From the NCBI GenBank assembly GCA_028534125.1, contig CM052817.1, positions 73,906,001 to 73,970,000 on the forward strand: DNA of 64,000 nucleotides, written 5' to 3'. The position numbers were made by a program, and so were the translations under genes. The stretch comes from Lama glama. Taxonomy: Eukaryota. This document shows, piece after piece, positions 32,017-44,699 of the stretch (the first letter of the stretch is position 1; each line of letters begins with the position of its first letter). A model generated the notes under the pieces. It was not told where the DNA came from, ran no database searches, and saw nothing but the letters and a program-made list of their open reading frames with translations.

Positions 32017-32643
32017 TGTTTCTGAACCAAACATGGGTCTGCTCACCCTTGTGCAGTAAAGCCAATCTACTGACACTGGGTTGTGGTGAAGGAAGGTGCA
32101 GCATTTTCTGCAGGCATAAAGCAAGGAGTCCAGGAAGCTAACGTTCAAAAGTCCCAAACTCCCTGATGGCTTTCAGGGAAAGATTTTTAAAGGCAGTGTA
32201 AGGGAGAAGGTTGTGGTGCGTGATCAGCTCATGGACATTCTTCTGACTGATTTGTGGTGAGGTAATTGGGAGTCACCATCACCAACCTTCTGATTCCAGC
32301 CAGTCTGGGGTCTATGTGCTTGTGGGCAGCATACAGTTAACTTCTGCCACCTGGGTGGGGTTTTAGTAACTGCAAAATAGTTCTAGGATATGGCTAAGAA
32401 TATTATCTATAGCCCTCGAGGAGGAACTAAAGGTCCTTAACTTTGTTTAATGGCTAAACTATTATTATTTTGTCATACTTGACTATTTTCCTTTGTTTCT
32501 GCATTTTCTCAGTTCTCTTGGAACTCAGGGAAGGCCTAAGAAACTAAAGATTTTCTACAAATAAGAGGCAGGTGGTAGACATGGTGGGGAGCAGGGAGAG
32601 GGGTCTGTTCCTGGAAGGTCCCATAGGATCCTGCTTGTTTACA
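32017..32643 (-). mobile_element. ERV1-class solo LTR
   Basis: TG...CA ends, 627 bp, perfect 4-bp TSD GCAG (32013-32016 / 32644-32647). Confidence 0.88.
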
Positions 32644-33931
32644 GCAGGGTATGTGTCCTGCAAGAAGACATGCATCCTGCAGACTGGCTGGACCTGCCAA
32701 AGCAAAGTGAGAGTTAAAAAAAAAAACAAAAACATTGTCTTCAATAATTGTTCATTCATAGAGAACAGAGCTCTCTCTTTAGCAATATGAGGCTATTGTA
32801 GTAATAAATGTCATGGTTACTACTAAATATGTCTGAATTTTTTTTCCCTGTTGCTAAAATGTCAGGACTCTGTAGATGAAATGAGGTGATTGGTGGCTTG
32901 CCTCTCACGATATCCATGGTGGTTATTTGGATAGTATTTTACTTAGGATTTTATGTATTTCCTTCTTTTGGATTAAATGAGCGGACTTGATCATTAAAAT
33001 GAAGAGAGTAATTCACGAGGAGTTTTAAAATAAGAGTTTGGTTTCAAGAAGAGCTAACAGCAGTGTTTATTGGTCTTCCTCTCTGGCTTAGAAATAAATG
33101 GAGTAAACAGATTATGGCCTCATGCCCTCCCCTGTCAGGGGAAGATCTGGTGACTGAGCTATCCTGGAAACAACGAATGCGTCCTGCAACAAACAGAAAC
33201 TGATAAATAGAGGTCCTTTTTGATTCTGGCCTGGGTTCCCCAATAGTGGTCTAAGATTTAGTGCAGAGAACCAAATTTATGTGTTGATCCAGGGTTTTGT
33301 ATTAGGAGCCAGCTTGAATCAAGAGCAAAGCGCTGAGGAAAGGTCAAAAGCCTTGATGGGGGAGGCAGGGCGGGAGGGGAGGACGACTGCTCCTCTGTTC
33401 TGCCTCTGTATTCACAATGGGTGGGATTCTTCTTCACCCTCAGCCCCTGCATTAATTGAGCCAACCCTGTTCTCCTGAGCTTCCTCGGTCTCGCAGAACA
33501 TAGGCAGAAGGGAATGAAGTTCTTTATCTTAAAGGAACAAGAGGAAAGGCAGTGCCCCAGCAAATGCCTAATGCCCAGCATGTTTACATTCAGTAAATGC
33601 TATTTTACTAAATTGAAGTAGTTTGGAAAAGGCTGTTTGGGTGAGGGAGACCTTTGACTGTTTCACCACTGATTAGCACCTGAACCAGGTGGTGACGAGA
33701 AGGAGACTGAGATGGTGAAATCAACACAAGCCTGGTAATTAATTCTTAAGGTTGGTGAAAATAGAGTTAACTAGTTTCAGCTGAAATGGAGTTTGAACTG
33801 TGGATAAGTATCCTTTCCTACTCCTGGTCTTCTAAGCACAGGCGATTGAGAGGTGTCTGTGATACTATTTAGCACTCTGACCTTATCACATATTCATGTT
33901 AAGAAGAGTTTAAAGCATTTTTTTCTCACAT

Positions 33932-34860
33932 TGTGATACTGTGATTTATAATAAGAAGTATATTTTAGATATTTGTTCCTCATTGCTCCTAAAACCCTTG
34001 GAATTTCCTAAATGATAAGAGCAATAAAGATATCTTTTGTTATGCTAGTGAGATGACTTTTGGTAAGCGCCTAAGCGTGGGGAATTGGTTGCAGGTGGAG
34101 CCAACTAAGTGATTAGTGGATTGGAACTTTTAGTCCCACCCCCTGACTTCCGGGGAGGGGAGAAAGACTGGAGGTTAAGTCAGTCACCAATGGCCAATCC
34201 GTTTGTCAATCTTGCCTATGTAATGAAGCCTCCGTAAAAGCCCAAGGAGGCCTGGGTTTGGAGAACTTCCGGGTTGGTGAGCAAGTGGTGGTACTCAGAG
34301 AGGTCGGAGAAGCTTTGCACCCTTTCTCCAGACCCTGCCCTACGCATGTATTCCACGCGGATTTTCACCTGTATGAGTTATCACATCTTGTAAGAACAAA
34401 CCAGCAAACGTAAGTAAAATGTTTTTGCGAATTTTGTGTGCTGCTTTGGCAAATTACTCAAACCCAATGAGAGGGTCGTTGAAAGCTGTAACGTTTAGCG
34501 GGTGGGTCAGAAGCACAGGTGACTACCTGGGTTTGCAATTGGCATCTGAAGCGGGGGAGGGGCGGCAGTCTGGTGGGACTGAGCCCTTTACCTGTGGGAT
34601 CCGATGCTGTATCTAGGTAGACGGTGTCAGAATTGAAATAAGTTGTAGGACACCCAGATGGCCTGGAGAATTGCTTGCTGTGGGGAAAAACCCCAACACA
34701 GTTGGTGATCAGAAGTGTGAGAAATGTGTTGTGTTATGCGTCGTTGAGTAGTGAAGGAGACACTCGGGAGAAAGGCTCATTGGAATGAGCCTTTCCTTCC
34801 AATGAAAGACTGGGTTTTTCCTTCCAATAGGGAAGAATTGTAGGTTTTTCCTTTAAAGGT
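33932..34860 (+). mobile_element. MER21-like LTR
   Basis: tgtgatactgtgatttataataagaag...ctcctaaaacccttggaatttcct...ggaacttttagtcccaccccctgac...gtgtcagaattgaa...gtaggacacccag. Confidence 0.85.
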
Positions 34861-34879
34861 GTAACAAGAAATCATTGTA

Positions 34880-35085
34880 ACAGCGAATGTTTGAGAGATT
34901 ACCTGTCCAGCGCGGCCTTAAATACTTTATGTACATGGTTTCCTTTCATTCTCACTACAACCCTAAGTGGTAGATACTTTTATTACCCCTATTTCATAGT
35001 CACAAAAACTGGGCCATATCCAAGCACACATACCTAATAAGAGGCAGTGCTATCTGATTGCGGAGCCCAAGAGTTGAATTATTCA
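34880..35085 (-). mobile_element. MIR SINE
   Basis: cattctcactacaaccctaagtggtagatacttttattacccctatttcatag...aaactg. Confidence 0.65.
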
Positions 35086-35311
35086 TCCTCCATACTCCAA
35101 TAGCAAACTATGACATGTTCATTTTTAAAGAAAATACGGTGAACATATTTCTCTTTTGCGAAAGTGAATTTGTGAATTTCTTTCCTTCATGGGATTAGAG
35201 TGGGATGAAATATTTAATTGAGAGCTGAGACCTCCCATTCTATGTCGATAACTCAGTCATTAAAGCAACTCTCCCTGGACAGTCTTTATCAAATTAGTTG
35301 GCAATAAAGTA

Positions 35312-35552
35312 CATGTAGACCACGTTTTATTGCACTTAGATTCCCTGGGCTTCACAGATACTGCGTTTTTTCTTTTACAAATTGAAGGTTTGTGGCAACC
35401 CTACGTCAGGCGAGTCTTTTCAGCACCGTTTTTCCAACTGCGTTTGCTCACTTCCTGACTGTCACATTTTGGTAATTCTCACAGTATTTCAAATCTATTA
35501 TATTTATTATGGTGATCGGTGATAAGTGTTTTTTTTTCTATGTTACTACTAT
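35312..35552 (+). mobile_element. Tigger1-derived fragment (5' end)
   Basis: cgttttattgcactt...tacaaattgaaggtttgtggcaaccct...gtcacattttggtaattctc. Confidence 0.85.
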
Positions 35553-36579
35553 CTCCTGTGAGGTTAGATAGATAGCAACTGTGGGCTGCCATCGTGCACC
35601 ACACTGAATCCTTTTCTGCCCTTTCTGCTCCGTAATTCAACAAATCGTAAACATTTCTCTAGCAAGTGCTAAAGAAGGCAGCAGAGAGCTCAGAGCAGGC
35701 AACTCAGGTCACCTGGGGGCATGCCAATAGCTGTGCCTATTGACAGTATTGGAAAGCCCAATTAGGCTCCAGAAAGTTCCCTTGAGCGATCTGGTGTTGA
35801 CTTTTGTGAGGCCTCACCAGTGCAGGGTGCCTGCAGAAGGGCTCATTAGCTCCAGGAAAGCTCTTTTGCTGTTCAACTGCACCCCTAGCTTAGAAACCTC
35901 AAACTTGTGGCAGGTAGAGGCTGTCAGCAGTTGGGGGAAATCTTTTCCTTTGGTTTCAGTGCACAAGGTTTAGCAACCTCTTCAGTCACCTGTGAAGAAA
36001 CTGAAAATCCACAGTAAACTGCAGCCAACTCACCCATTTGTAATGGCCGTGGCCATGAACACTATTGCTGTAGGGTTCCAGGCACCTTAGAGCCCTTTTG
36101 AACTTTAGTCTCCCTACTTAAATAGAGAATCTGTGTTTTCCCCCCCACAGATCTTGCCCTTTTCTCTATTCTATGTGATAACATCTAAAAATAACGGGTC
36201 ACATTTACTATCACTATTTGTTTTAGTTTGTTTGATTTGCCCTGCAACGACCTTTTAAGTATTTTTTTCCTACTGAGATGAATAAATTAGGGAAGCGTAA
36301 TAAGAACTGGGGTGTGAGGATGAGATTGTAATTTTGGACTGATTGGGCAGGGAAGGTCTCACTAAGGTGACACGAGTAAAGACTTGAAGGAGGCAAGAGT
36401 AAGTCTTACAGCTACATGGGGAAAAACAACTGGTCAGAGAGAAGAGTGTGGGTATTTACATATATGTAAATATATATACATTTATTTATATATCTATAGG
36501 CTGATTCCTTTTGGTCTTTGTGTTGCAAAGGGAGACAATAATTACATAATGATTGGCTGTTTTTATGATTAAAACCTAT

Positions 36580-36930
36580 TGCAATGGACTGTGAGTTTGG
36601 GTTCCCCTAGAATTCCTCTTCTGAGACTAATCCCTGTATGAAGGTGTTTGGAGATGGGGTCTTTGGGAGGTAATTAGGCGATGAGGGTGGAACCCTCATG
36701 CATGGGATTAGTGCCCCTACAGGAAGAGACTAGGCTCTTTGGCCCCATGTGAGGATACAACCAGAAGTCATCAGTCTGTAACCTAGAAGAGGGCTCTCCC
36801 CAGAATCCAACCATGCTGGCACCCTGATCTCAGATCTCCAGCCTCTAGAACTGTGAGAAACAAATTTCTTTTGTTCATAAGCCGCCCAGACTATGATAAT
36901 TTGTTATTAGTAGCCCAAAAGGATGGGATG
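36580..36930 (+). mobile_element. MaLR solo LTR (MLT1A-like)
   Basis: ggggtctttgggaggtaattagg...gggattagtgccc...gctggcaccctgatctcagatctccagcctctagaactgtgagaaacaaatttc. Confidence 0.88.
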
Positions 36931-39054
36931 CCTATAAAATTAACTAATTGATTTGGAAGGCTAAAACATTGTGAAGAAATCTCAAAAGAGTTGGTCTAAA
37001 ATTGCTGTGTTTATACAAACAGACTTGACTATTTTATTTGAAAGCATTGTTAAATTCAGCTAGAACAAAATACTATATTTTATCAAATAACTGATTTAAC
37101 TACATTTCATTTTGAAGTAATTATTTTTTATGGCAAGTAACCAAAAAGGTTCTCTGTACAGAGAAAAAATGAAGATACAAGGCAATGATCAATAAATTCA
37201 GGTAAAAGAAAATTTAAGAGGGTGATCTCATTAAATGTTCTCCAATGAAATAAATTTTAAAAAATAAATCAAATCAGGTGAAAGTCTTCAAGGACAAATT
37301 AATCTGACTTGATTTTCCAGCCTCTGTTTGAGTCAAAGAAATGTAATAATTTGAAAATATTTCGTTTTATAAGCCTAATATCATCCACCCCTGAATCTTC
37401 TATTAATGACTAAGAATATCCCTAAACCGTTTTGTGTGTGGAAGCAAGAATTCTGGTCATCTCCTCCGTATCTGGATAACCACACTGGGAAATCCTTCAG
37501 TGCCTATGCAATTACTAACTGTTTTCCAATATGAGATGCTATAGGGAAGGAAATAGTAAGAAAGCAAGGATGCTCAAACCCTTTAGCTGGGTTTGCTCAA
37601 TGGTGACATTGTCAAAGTCCCAGGAAGAGACTTTGACATATCCTCTTGTGTTGGAGAGGGGTCCCCACTCTGCTCTGGGCTTGCTGTGGGTCCATCACAC
37701 CCTCACTGTCTTTGAAGGTCAGTGCAGTTTGTGCACTCAGCAAGTGTTCAGGAAACTTTTCAAGAAAAGTGAACACAACGATTACTTTAGTCTTAGAGTT
37801 CAAAGGCTGGTTCTATCATTTCGAGTAAGTGACAGCACAAAGAGAGTGCAGTAGGAAAATCCAAAGACTGGTATCAAGGCTCTCTGCAAGTGCACAGAAG
37901 CTTCCGGATGGGGCTGTGCAGTCAAGTCAGGCCTGACCTTGCAGGCTCCGCCCCTGCTGAGGCATTTGTGCATTTAAGGCCACAAAAGGTTATGAGCCAC
38001 TAGGCATTTTAAATCTCTCATTGAAACATTGCTAACTTCCAGATAAGAATGTCTTTCATTTTCCTAGCTCTTTTCAAACACATCTGGCGTTTGTTACTGG
38101 TTTGGGACAACAACATTGAAATGGCCTCTTCTTTTGTAGAGATCTCAGGAATCTGCCAGGATTTTCAGGGACTTCATGCTCTTCAGTGGTGGTTGAAAAT
38201 GTTTTCTCTACTTTTCTGTGTTTGTTTGTTTCCCCCCAAATGGTACTATGTGGCTTGTCAGCTAAGTGGTTCTATCTGGTGTGCTGTTCTTAATGATTCT
38301 CTGTGGCACCTTTTCCATTTCTCACTCCCTGATCACCAGAAGTTAATAACAGTAGAACTCTAAACAAATGAGCCACTATTTCCAGGGGACTGTTTCTGCC
38401 AGCATTAGATTATTTTTGTATTGTATGAGATGATTGCCTAGGAGGCTTTTATTTTCAGTAACCACAGTTTTTGTTGTTTCTTGATTTCATGGATGGTAGA
38501 AGAAAAAGCAGTTTGGGACTATATGTAGAAAAATTGTCTTTAAAATCTTCAGTTACGTAGCATATGATTTCCTATTAAATTCTTACTGTGAAACACAGAA
38601 GAGCCTTTTAATGGAAGTAATCACAAGTGCTTTAATATAAAGTTAATAGTAAAGAGATATTTTCTAAACTCAATCTCATATCCTCAGGTCCGTTTAAGTT
38701 CAGGGGGTGAACTAACCATAAGGCTATGATTTCAGCCTGTGGACTGTTTATTTGCTTGAAAAAGTCTCTAATAATGGACAATGACTTTAAACCAATGTAG
38801 AGAGATTAGTTTGAATTGTATGAAATAACTGGATTTTGCCGGTCTAAAAATGGTGGACTGTCAGCAATTTTATAGGGTCTGATTTAATACAAGACATAAA
38901 GTGGTAGAAGTTAAAAAAAAAAAGTACAATTCAAGATCCTTCAAAGACCTAGAGAAGTGGAGAGAGGGTAATCTATAAGGATAACATAGAGCAACTGGGC
39001 AACCAGGGGTCGATTCTCCACACTGGCTGCTCTTTTGCATTGGTTCAAAGTTTA

Positions 39055-39626
39055 ATTAAAATGCATGCACCCCAGTGTTCATAGCACTGTATACAATAGC
39101 CGAGACATGGAAACAACCTAAATGTCCACTGACAGATGACTGAGTAAAGATGTGGGGTGTGTGTGTGTGTACACACACACACACACCACAGAATACTACT
39201 CAGCTGTAAAAAATAATGAAATAATGCCATTTGCAGCGACATAGATAGACCTAGAGATTGTCATACTGGGTGAAGTAAGCCAGAAAGAAAGAAAAATACC
39301 ATTTGATATCATTTATATGTGGAATCTTAAAAAAAAAAAAAAAGACAGATGAACTTACTTACAAAACAGGCTCACAGACATAGAAAACAGACTAGGGGTG
39401 AGGTGGAAGAGGGTGGGAAGGGATAAGTTGGGAGTTTGGGATTTGTAGATATTACTACTATATATATAAAATTGATGAACAACAAGGTCCTACTGTATAG
39501 CACAAGGAACTACGTTCAATACCTTGTAGTGGCCTACAATGAAAAGGAATATATATATGTATGACTGAAACACTATGCTGTACACCAGAAATTAACACAT
39601 TATAAATCAACTATACTTCAATAAAA
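39055..39626 (+). mobile_element. L1 3' end (cetartiodactyl-type), 5'-truncated
   Basis: tgttcatagcac...acaatagccgagacatggaaacaacctaaatgtcc...aacaaggtcctactgtatagcacaaggaact...caactatacttcaataaaa. Confidence 0.9.
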
Positions 39627-41669
39627 TTACTGCTTTCTTCTTCTGGGGAACATTTCTAATGAACTAGGCACTTTGCTAACTAATCTCTGTATAATCTATA
39701 TATGCTGTCTAGAGATACATGCTGTCAGTAATCTGTGAGGTATTTTTAGCTTCATTTTTAGAGATGAGGGAATTGAAGTTCCTGTAGTCGAAATAACTCC
39801 CAAGGCCACACAACATTTTGGTCTAGTGTAGTCTGATTCTAAAATTTCTGCCCTGAATCATTATGCCATTTTTTGTCTTGTGACCAAAAAGCAAGAGAAG
39901 GCCTAGGTACTGGGGGAGTTTTGTGGGTGCTCTGCTTCTTGAATTATTGAGAAAGATTCCACACCCAAAAGTGAATTCTACACTGTTTCTCTTTATCAGG
40001 TGATTCATCTTTCTTTCTATATCAGAGCTTTAAAACCACCAGGTGTCAGAGTTATGCAGGTTTTAAAAGAAATTATCCCATTTCCTGCTATACCTCTGAG
40101 ATTAGACTATCCTATTTATAGCTAGAGTCTAAATTTCAAAAGCCACCCTTTATTTGTCTACCAAGGATGCATCAAAGGTAGAACATAGCTCAGCTGCAAG
40201 GGCTGTGGATGGCTAGGAATGGGGCAGGAGGATGCTAAGGAGACAAGAGGTTTTCCATTCCCTTTTCTTGGTGGGATAGCGGAAATATCTTAATGTTTCC
40301 TTCCAGGGTCCTTGTGCATTAAGAACGTTTTAGGAGATGGTGAATAATAAACTCTCCCAAATTACCGTATTTCTTTTCCAACTTGTATCCAATTCATGTT
40401 TTAAAAAAAATAAATAGAATTCAGTATGTTATAAAAAGGGAAACAATGTGAAAAGGAAGAGAAAGGGCTTTTTAAAAATTAAGGCCTTGAACAAATCTAT
40501 AATATGTGGGTTCAAAAATGTGTCTTCAAATGTGAAAGTTTAGATTCAGAAGCTTTATAAGCTGTGAGAATGCCTTTAACTTCCCACCCCTCACCCTCAT
40601 GCACACACACACACACACACATGCCTCCTTCATGTCCAAGCTTGCCCTTTGCCTTGGACATCTCAAATTTGGATCTCATAAGGTAAATTTCATTTTCAAA
40701 ATCTCTTTCTGACCCATCCTTCTAGAAAAAATCTGGTGCAGTGGACAGTGCGGTGTTGAGATGTGGTGAACTGGTTGGGTGGCAGTGTGGCTTCCTGTGT
40801 GGTTCTGGCCCCGCTAAAGGAACCACGAATTTTCCTAGAAGCTTGTGGGAGAAACCACCTCTACTTTTCCAGGAGGTTGGTTTATTGATTCATTCATTAG
40901 ACTATTGGTTCTTCATTGTCTGCTCTAAGTCAGGCATTTTGCCAAGAGCTGTGGATACACAGATGGTCTTCACATAATTCCTACCCTCAAGGGAATGACA
41001 GAGGGATTCAGACAAGTAAAGTGTCAATGACAGTACTGTTGGAGGCTATAAAAGAAGTGTGGGGGCACAGGGTGCTAGACTACACCAGACGGGCTCAGGT
41101 GAAGTGTCTGCCTGAGGTGCTGAAGTTACAGGGCTCTTTGCCTGGAAACCTGAGCCCTAGTGGAGTGGTATTGCCTCCTGGGTACTTTCCATCACGTGCA
41201 GTACTTTTGCAATTGATCAAATAAATGCATCTTCCTCAACTGACAGCAGACAAATGTGAAGAGAGGTGACATACTGAGGAACAACAGAGAAAGAGAAATG
41301 AGTACATCTCTGTAACTATGAACACTTCCATTCATATGTTGTCAATCATGGAGAGAACAGCCAGCCATAGGAACTGTTGTGGCCAAAGGAATTGTATGCA
41401 CTAAAGGAAGGAGGGAGTTTGAGTGATGTGTCAAAGAATTAATGGCCATCTCTACTATTCAGATAAAAAAAAAAATCCATCAGCCCTCTATTCTGTTTCT
41501 CAGTGGCTAATGAACCACGGAAAACTCCATTTCTGTATGGCAAGTTGGCTATAGGAGTGCTTAGGAGGCAATTACCAGCAGCTAACACCTAGAGTTAGTT
41601 AAATATTTCCTGGCATGGTATAAATCACCCTAAATGGAGTAGGTCCTTGTCCTTTCCGTTTGTTTTGTA

Positions 41670-41850
41670 ACATGGGATCCAAGGAGTAGCTGCATCGGAA
41701 TCATGCAGGGTGCTTGACACGAGAAAGTTCTTGATCTCTCTTCCAGATCTACTGATTCAGAATTCTTTGCTTAATGACCCCAATGTGCATGTTAAAAAAA
41801 TAAAATTCAGTGATGTTTATGCACACCACAGTTTGGAGAGTACTGTGATG
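41670..41850. mobile_element. MER5-like hAT-Charlie remnant
   Basis: gctgcatcggaatca...ccagatctactgattcagaattct...tgatgtttatgcacaccacagtttggagag. Confidence 0.55.
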
Positions 41851-43068
41851 GCAGTTTACAATATTAGACTACAATCTGGCACACATATAATACATATAAC
41901 AATACATATGAAGGAAGAGCTTATTGAGATATAAGAGATTATTTAACCCATGATAATAAAAACGTGGATGAAAAGAATAATACTCATAATATTGCAGTCC
42001 TGGAAACCACTGAAACACAATTTATATTGAGAAAAATTCATGAAGAAAACAAAGTGGTGTTTCAGAGTTTCTTCTTGAATCTGCTAAGTTTACAAAAAAA
42101 AAAATTAGCTGGACTTCAGAAGAATTAGGCAGTCCAAAAATTGCTCTTTACTAAATTTGCTGAATTATAAAATAGTTCCAACCATGTGGCATGGAACTTC
42201 TAGACATGTTGCATGTATAAATGGTAAGAGGAAGGTTTACCATCAGTGAGGACAGAGACATGCCTTTCAGCGAAGGAGCAAACAACTTTAAATATGCTAC
42301 ATGCCTCTCAGCATTAGAATCCTTCTTGCTAATAAGCATTAAGCCCAGAGATGCTAATTGCAGTCTCAAATCCAGGAGCTTTAAGTAGATTTTCCTATGG
42401 GCTTAGTTGGCTTTTGTGCTACGTGTCTTGCTAGTGGTTAAGTTCAAGGACTATTTCATAGACACTAATGGCACCTTGGTATAAGTACAAACTTCACACC
42501 AGAGCCAATTTTATTCCATGATAATAGTCAGCATCTGGGGTGAGGCGGTGTCCTATTACAACCAAGAAGAATTGTACAAATTTCATCAGCAGTTTTACAA
42601 GTAATTTTCTTAATTATCCAAGCCTAGGTTAATGGACTTGCAGATTTAGACTCTCGCTGTTCCTTGGCCACTATTCACTGCAGGTGCTGATTCCTCCCTC
42701 CCTTGCTCCACCTCTCCCTCTTTCTTGGGGTTAAGTGTCAAATTTTTCTAGCCGTCCCTGCTAAACAAAGAATTCTGGATTATGATCCTACATTGGCTGA
42801 AGCTAAATTTGATGAATGAGATAGTTGGGGGAAAAAAAACCCCGGAAGTTTCAAAAGTCTGTATCCCAGTTTTTAGATTTTCATATCATATGGGAAGAAA
42901 GAGTGATGGGGAAAGAGAAAAAGTAGAAGGAGAGAATAGTGTAAATATGAAATGAAAGCAAGATTATGCCAGCTGGAAACATCAGATGACAGAATCATTT
43001 TACAAAGGTCAAACTCGAAGAGGAAACATTTTTACCTGTGATTAGGAGTAACTTTTTTTTCCCCTTCT

Positions 43069-43450
43069 TGTGATAAGTTGAACTGTGTTAAGGATGTTGA
43101 CGTCCTAACCCCCAGTATCTGTGAATGTGAACTTACTTGGAAATAGGGTCTTTGCAGATGATGACATTTAGATGAGGTCATTAGGTTGGGCCCTATCCCA
43201 TATGGCTGGTGTCCATAAAAAGAGGAAATATGGGCTAGAGAGAAAACAATGTGAAGACACAGGGAGAATGCCTGAGGCTACCAGAAACGAGAAGAGACAT
43301 GGAGCAGATTCCAGACCACAGAAGGAACCAGCCCTTCCAACACTTTGATTTCTGACTTTCAGCCTGCAAAACCATGAGACAGTACAATTTTGTGGATTAA
43401 GCCATCCAGTTCATGGCACTTTGTTATGGCAGCCCCAGGAAATGAGCATA
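43069..43450 (+). mobile_element. MaLR solo LTR (MLT1B/C-like)
   Basis: gtcctaacccccagtatctgtgaatgtg...ggaaatagggtctttgcagatg...ttgttatggcagcccc; 5-bp TSD CTTCT at 43064-43068 and 43451-43455. Confidence 0.9.
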
Positions 43451-44699
43451 CTTCTTGAAAATGATATTTGGAATGAAAAAACAAATTAAAAAATGTCTTC
43501 AAGATGTAAAACTTTGCTCTGTGGGACAGAAGAAATTTTCTAAGCAATTTTCTGGCTTGGTAAATGGATTGATAGAAATTGAACGTTGGCAAATAAAGTT
43601 GATAGGCAAGGCTGTAACTTAAGTTGAAGTCAAATTTTCTGAAAAGCAATGAAGATAGAAGTAGAATTATCCTGTGCTGAATAATAGGGACAAATAACCA
43701 AAGCCCTGGGTCTCGAGTTACTCTCCGGCAGCTGTGTGTGGACTGATAGGGCGTTTATAATCTGGCACAAACTCCCTTTTTTCACGTGAGGAAGTTGAGG
43801 CTCAGGGATGTTAAATTACTTGGCCAAAGACTAGCTTTTAGCTTACAAAGAGGAACAGAAGTGTGACATGGCAGAACCGATTCCATGTGCTTTATTACAC
43901 AAAGCGATGAACTCAGGCAGGCGTCATTGTCTGCTGATAGGATTCCAGAATCCAGCCTCAGCTTAGGGGGCAAGGGTATTAAGTCCCTGCTGGGGGACTT
44001 TCAGTCAGTGAACAGCTACATGCCATGTTCACTCACCTGAAAGGAGCAAGGAAATTAAGGTTTTAAGGGACTGAGGAGTAATTATTGCCACCCTTACCAC
44101 CTTTGTTTTATTATATCGTTTGAAGGTGGCATGTAAGATAGTCAGGTGATGTCTCCTTTCCTCCCTCCCTCCTTCTCTATTATCATTATAAGCAGGAACC
44201 ATTTCAGAATAATGTAAAATTCATAGGCACGGTATTAGAATCTCAGATCTGTGGCTGGATGGCTGTTTCACACTGCAAAACAAAAAACCAAAAAACAGGA
44301 AGTCTTCAACACTATAGTTGAAAGTGAGCCCCATTTATCAAGGCCTCCATGTCTGGTAGGACTTGTTGGACAGGATGCAAGAATCATCATTTGATGGGAC
44401 AGTAGCTTCGTTTTTGAACTAAATGCTAATATTTATAAATGGTGCTGGTATGCCACTGAGTGCTTTTCTGAGAAAATTGTAATACTGTCAGATGTCTTCT
44501 AAAGTACCACTTGGATCTAATTTTTAGGAGCTGTGCCTCAAAAAATAAACTTTTCAGGTTGGCCAGTTCACTCACTGATCATGGTATTCACTGATAATTG
44601 TATACATAAGCCCGTATAATTAAGGCAGGGATTCTGCACTTTTGTCAGCTTTTTTTTAATCAAAATAAACTTTCATAACCCCTAACAGTAACTTTAAAA

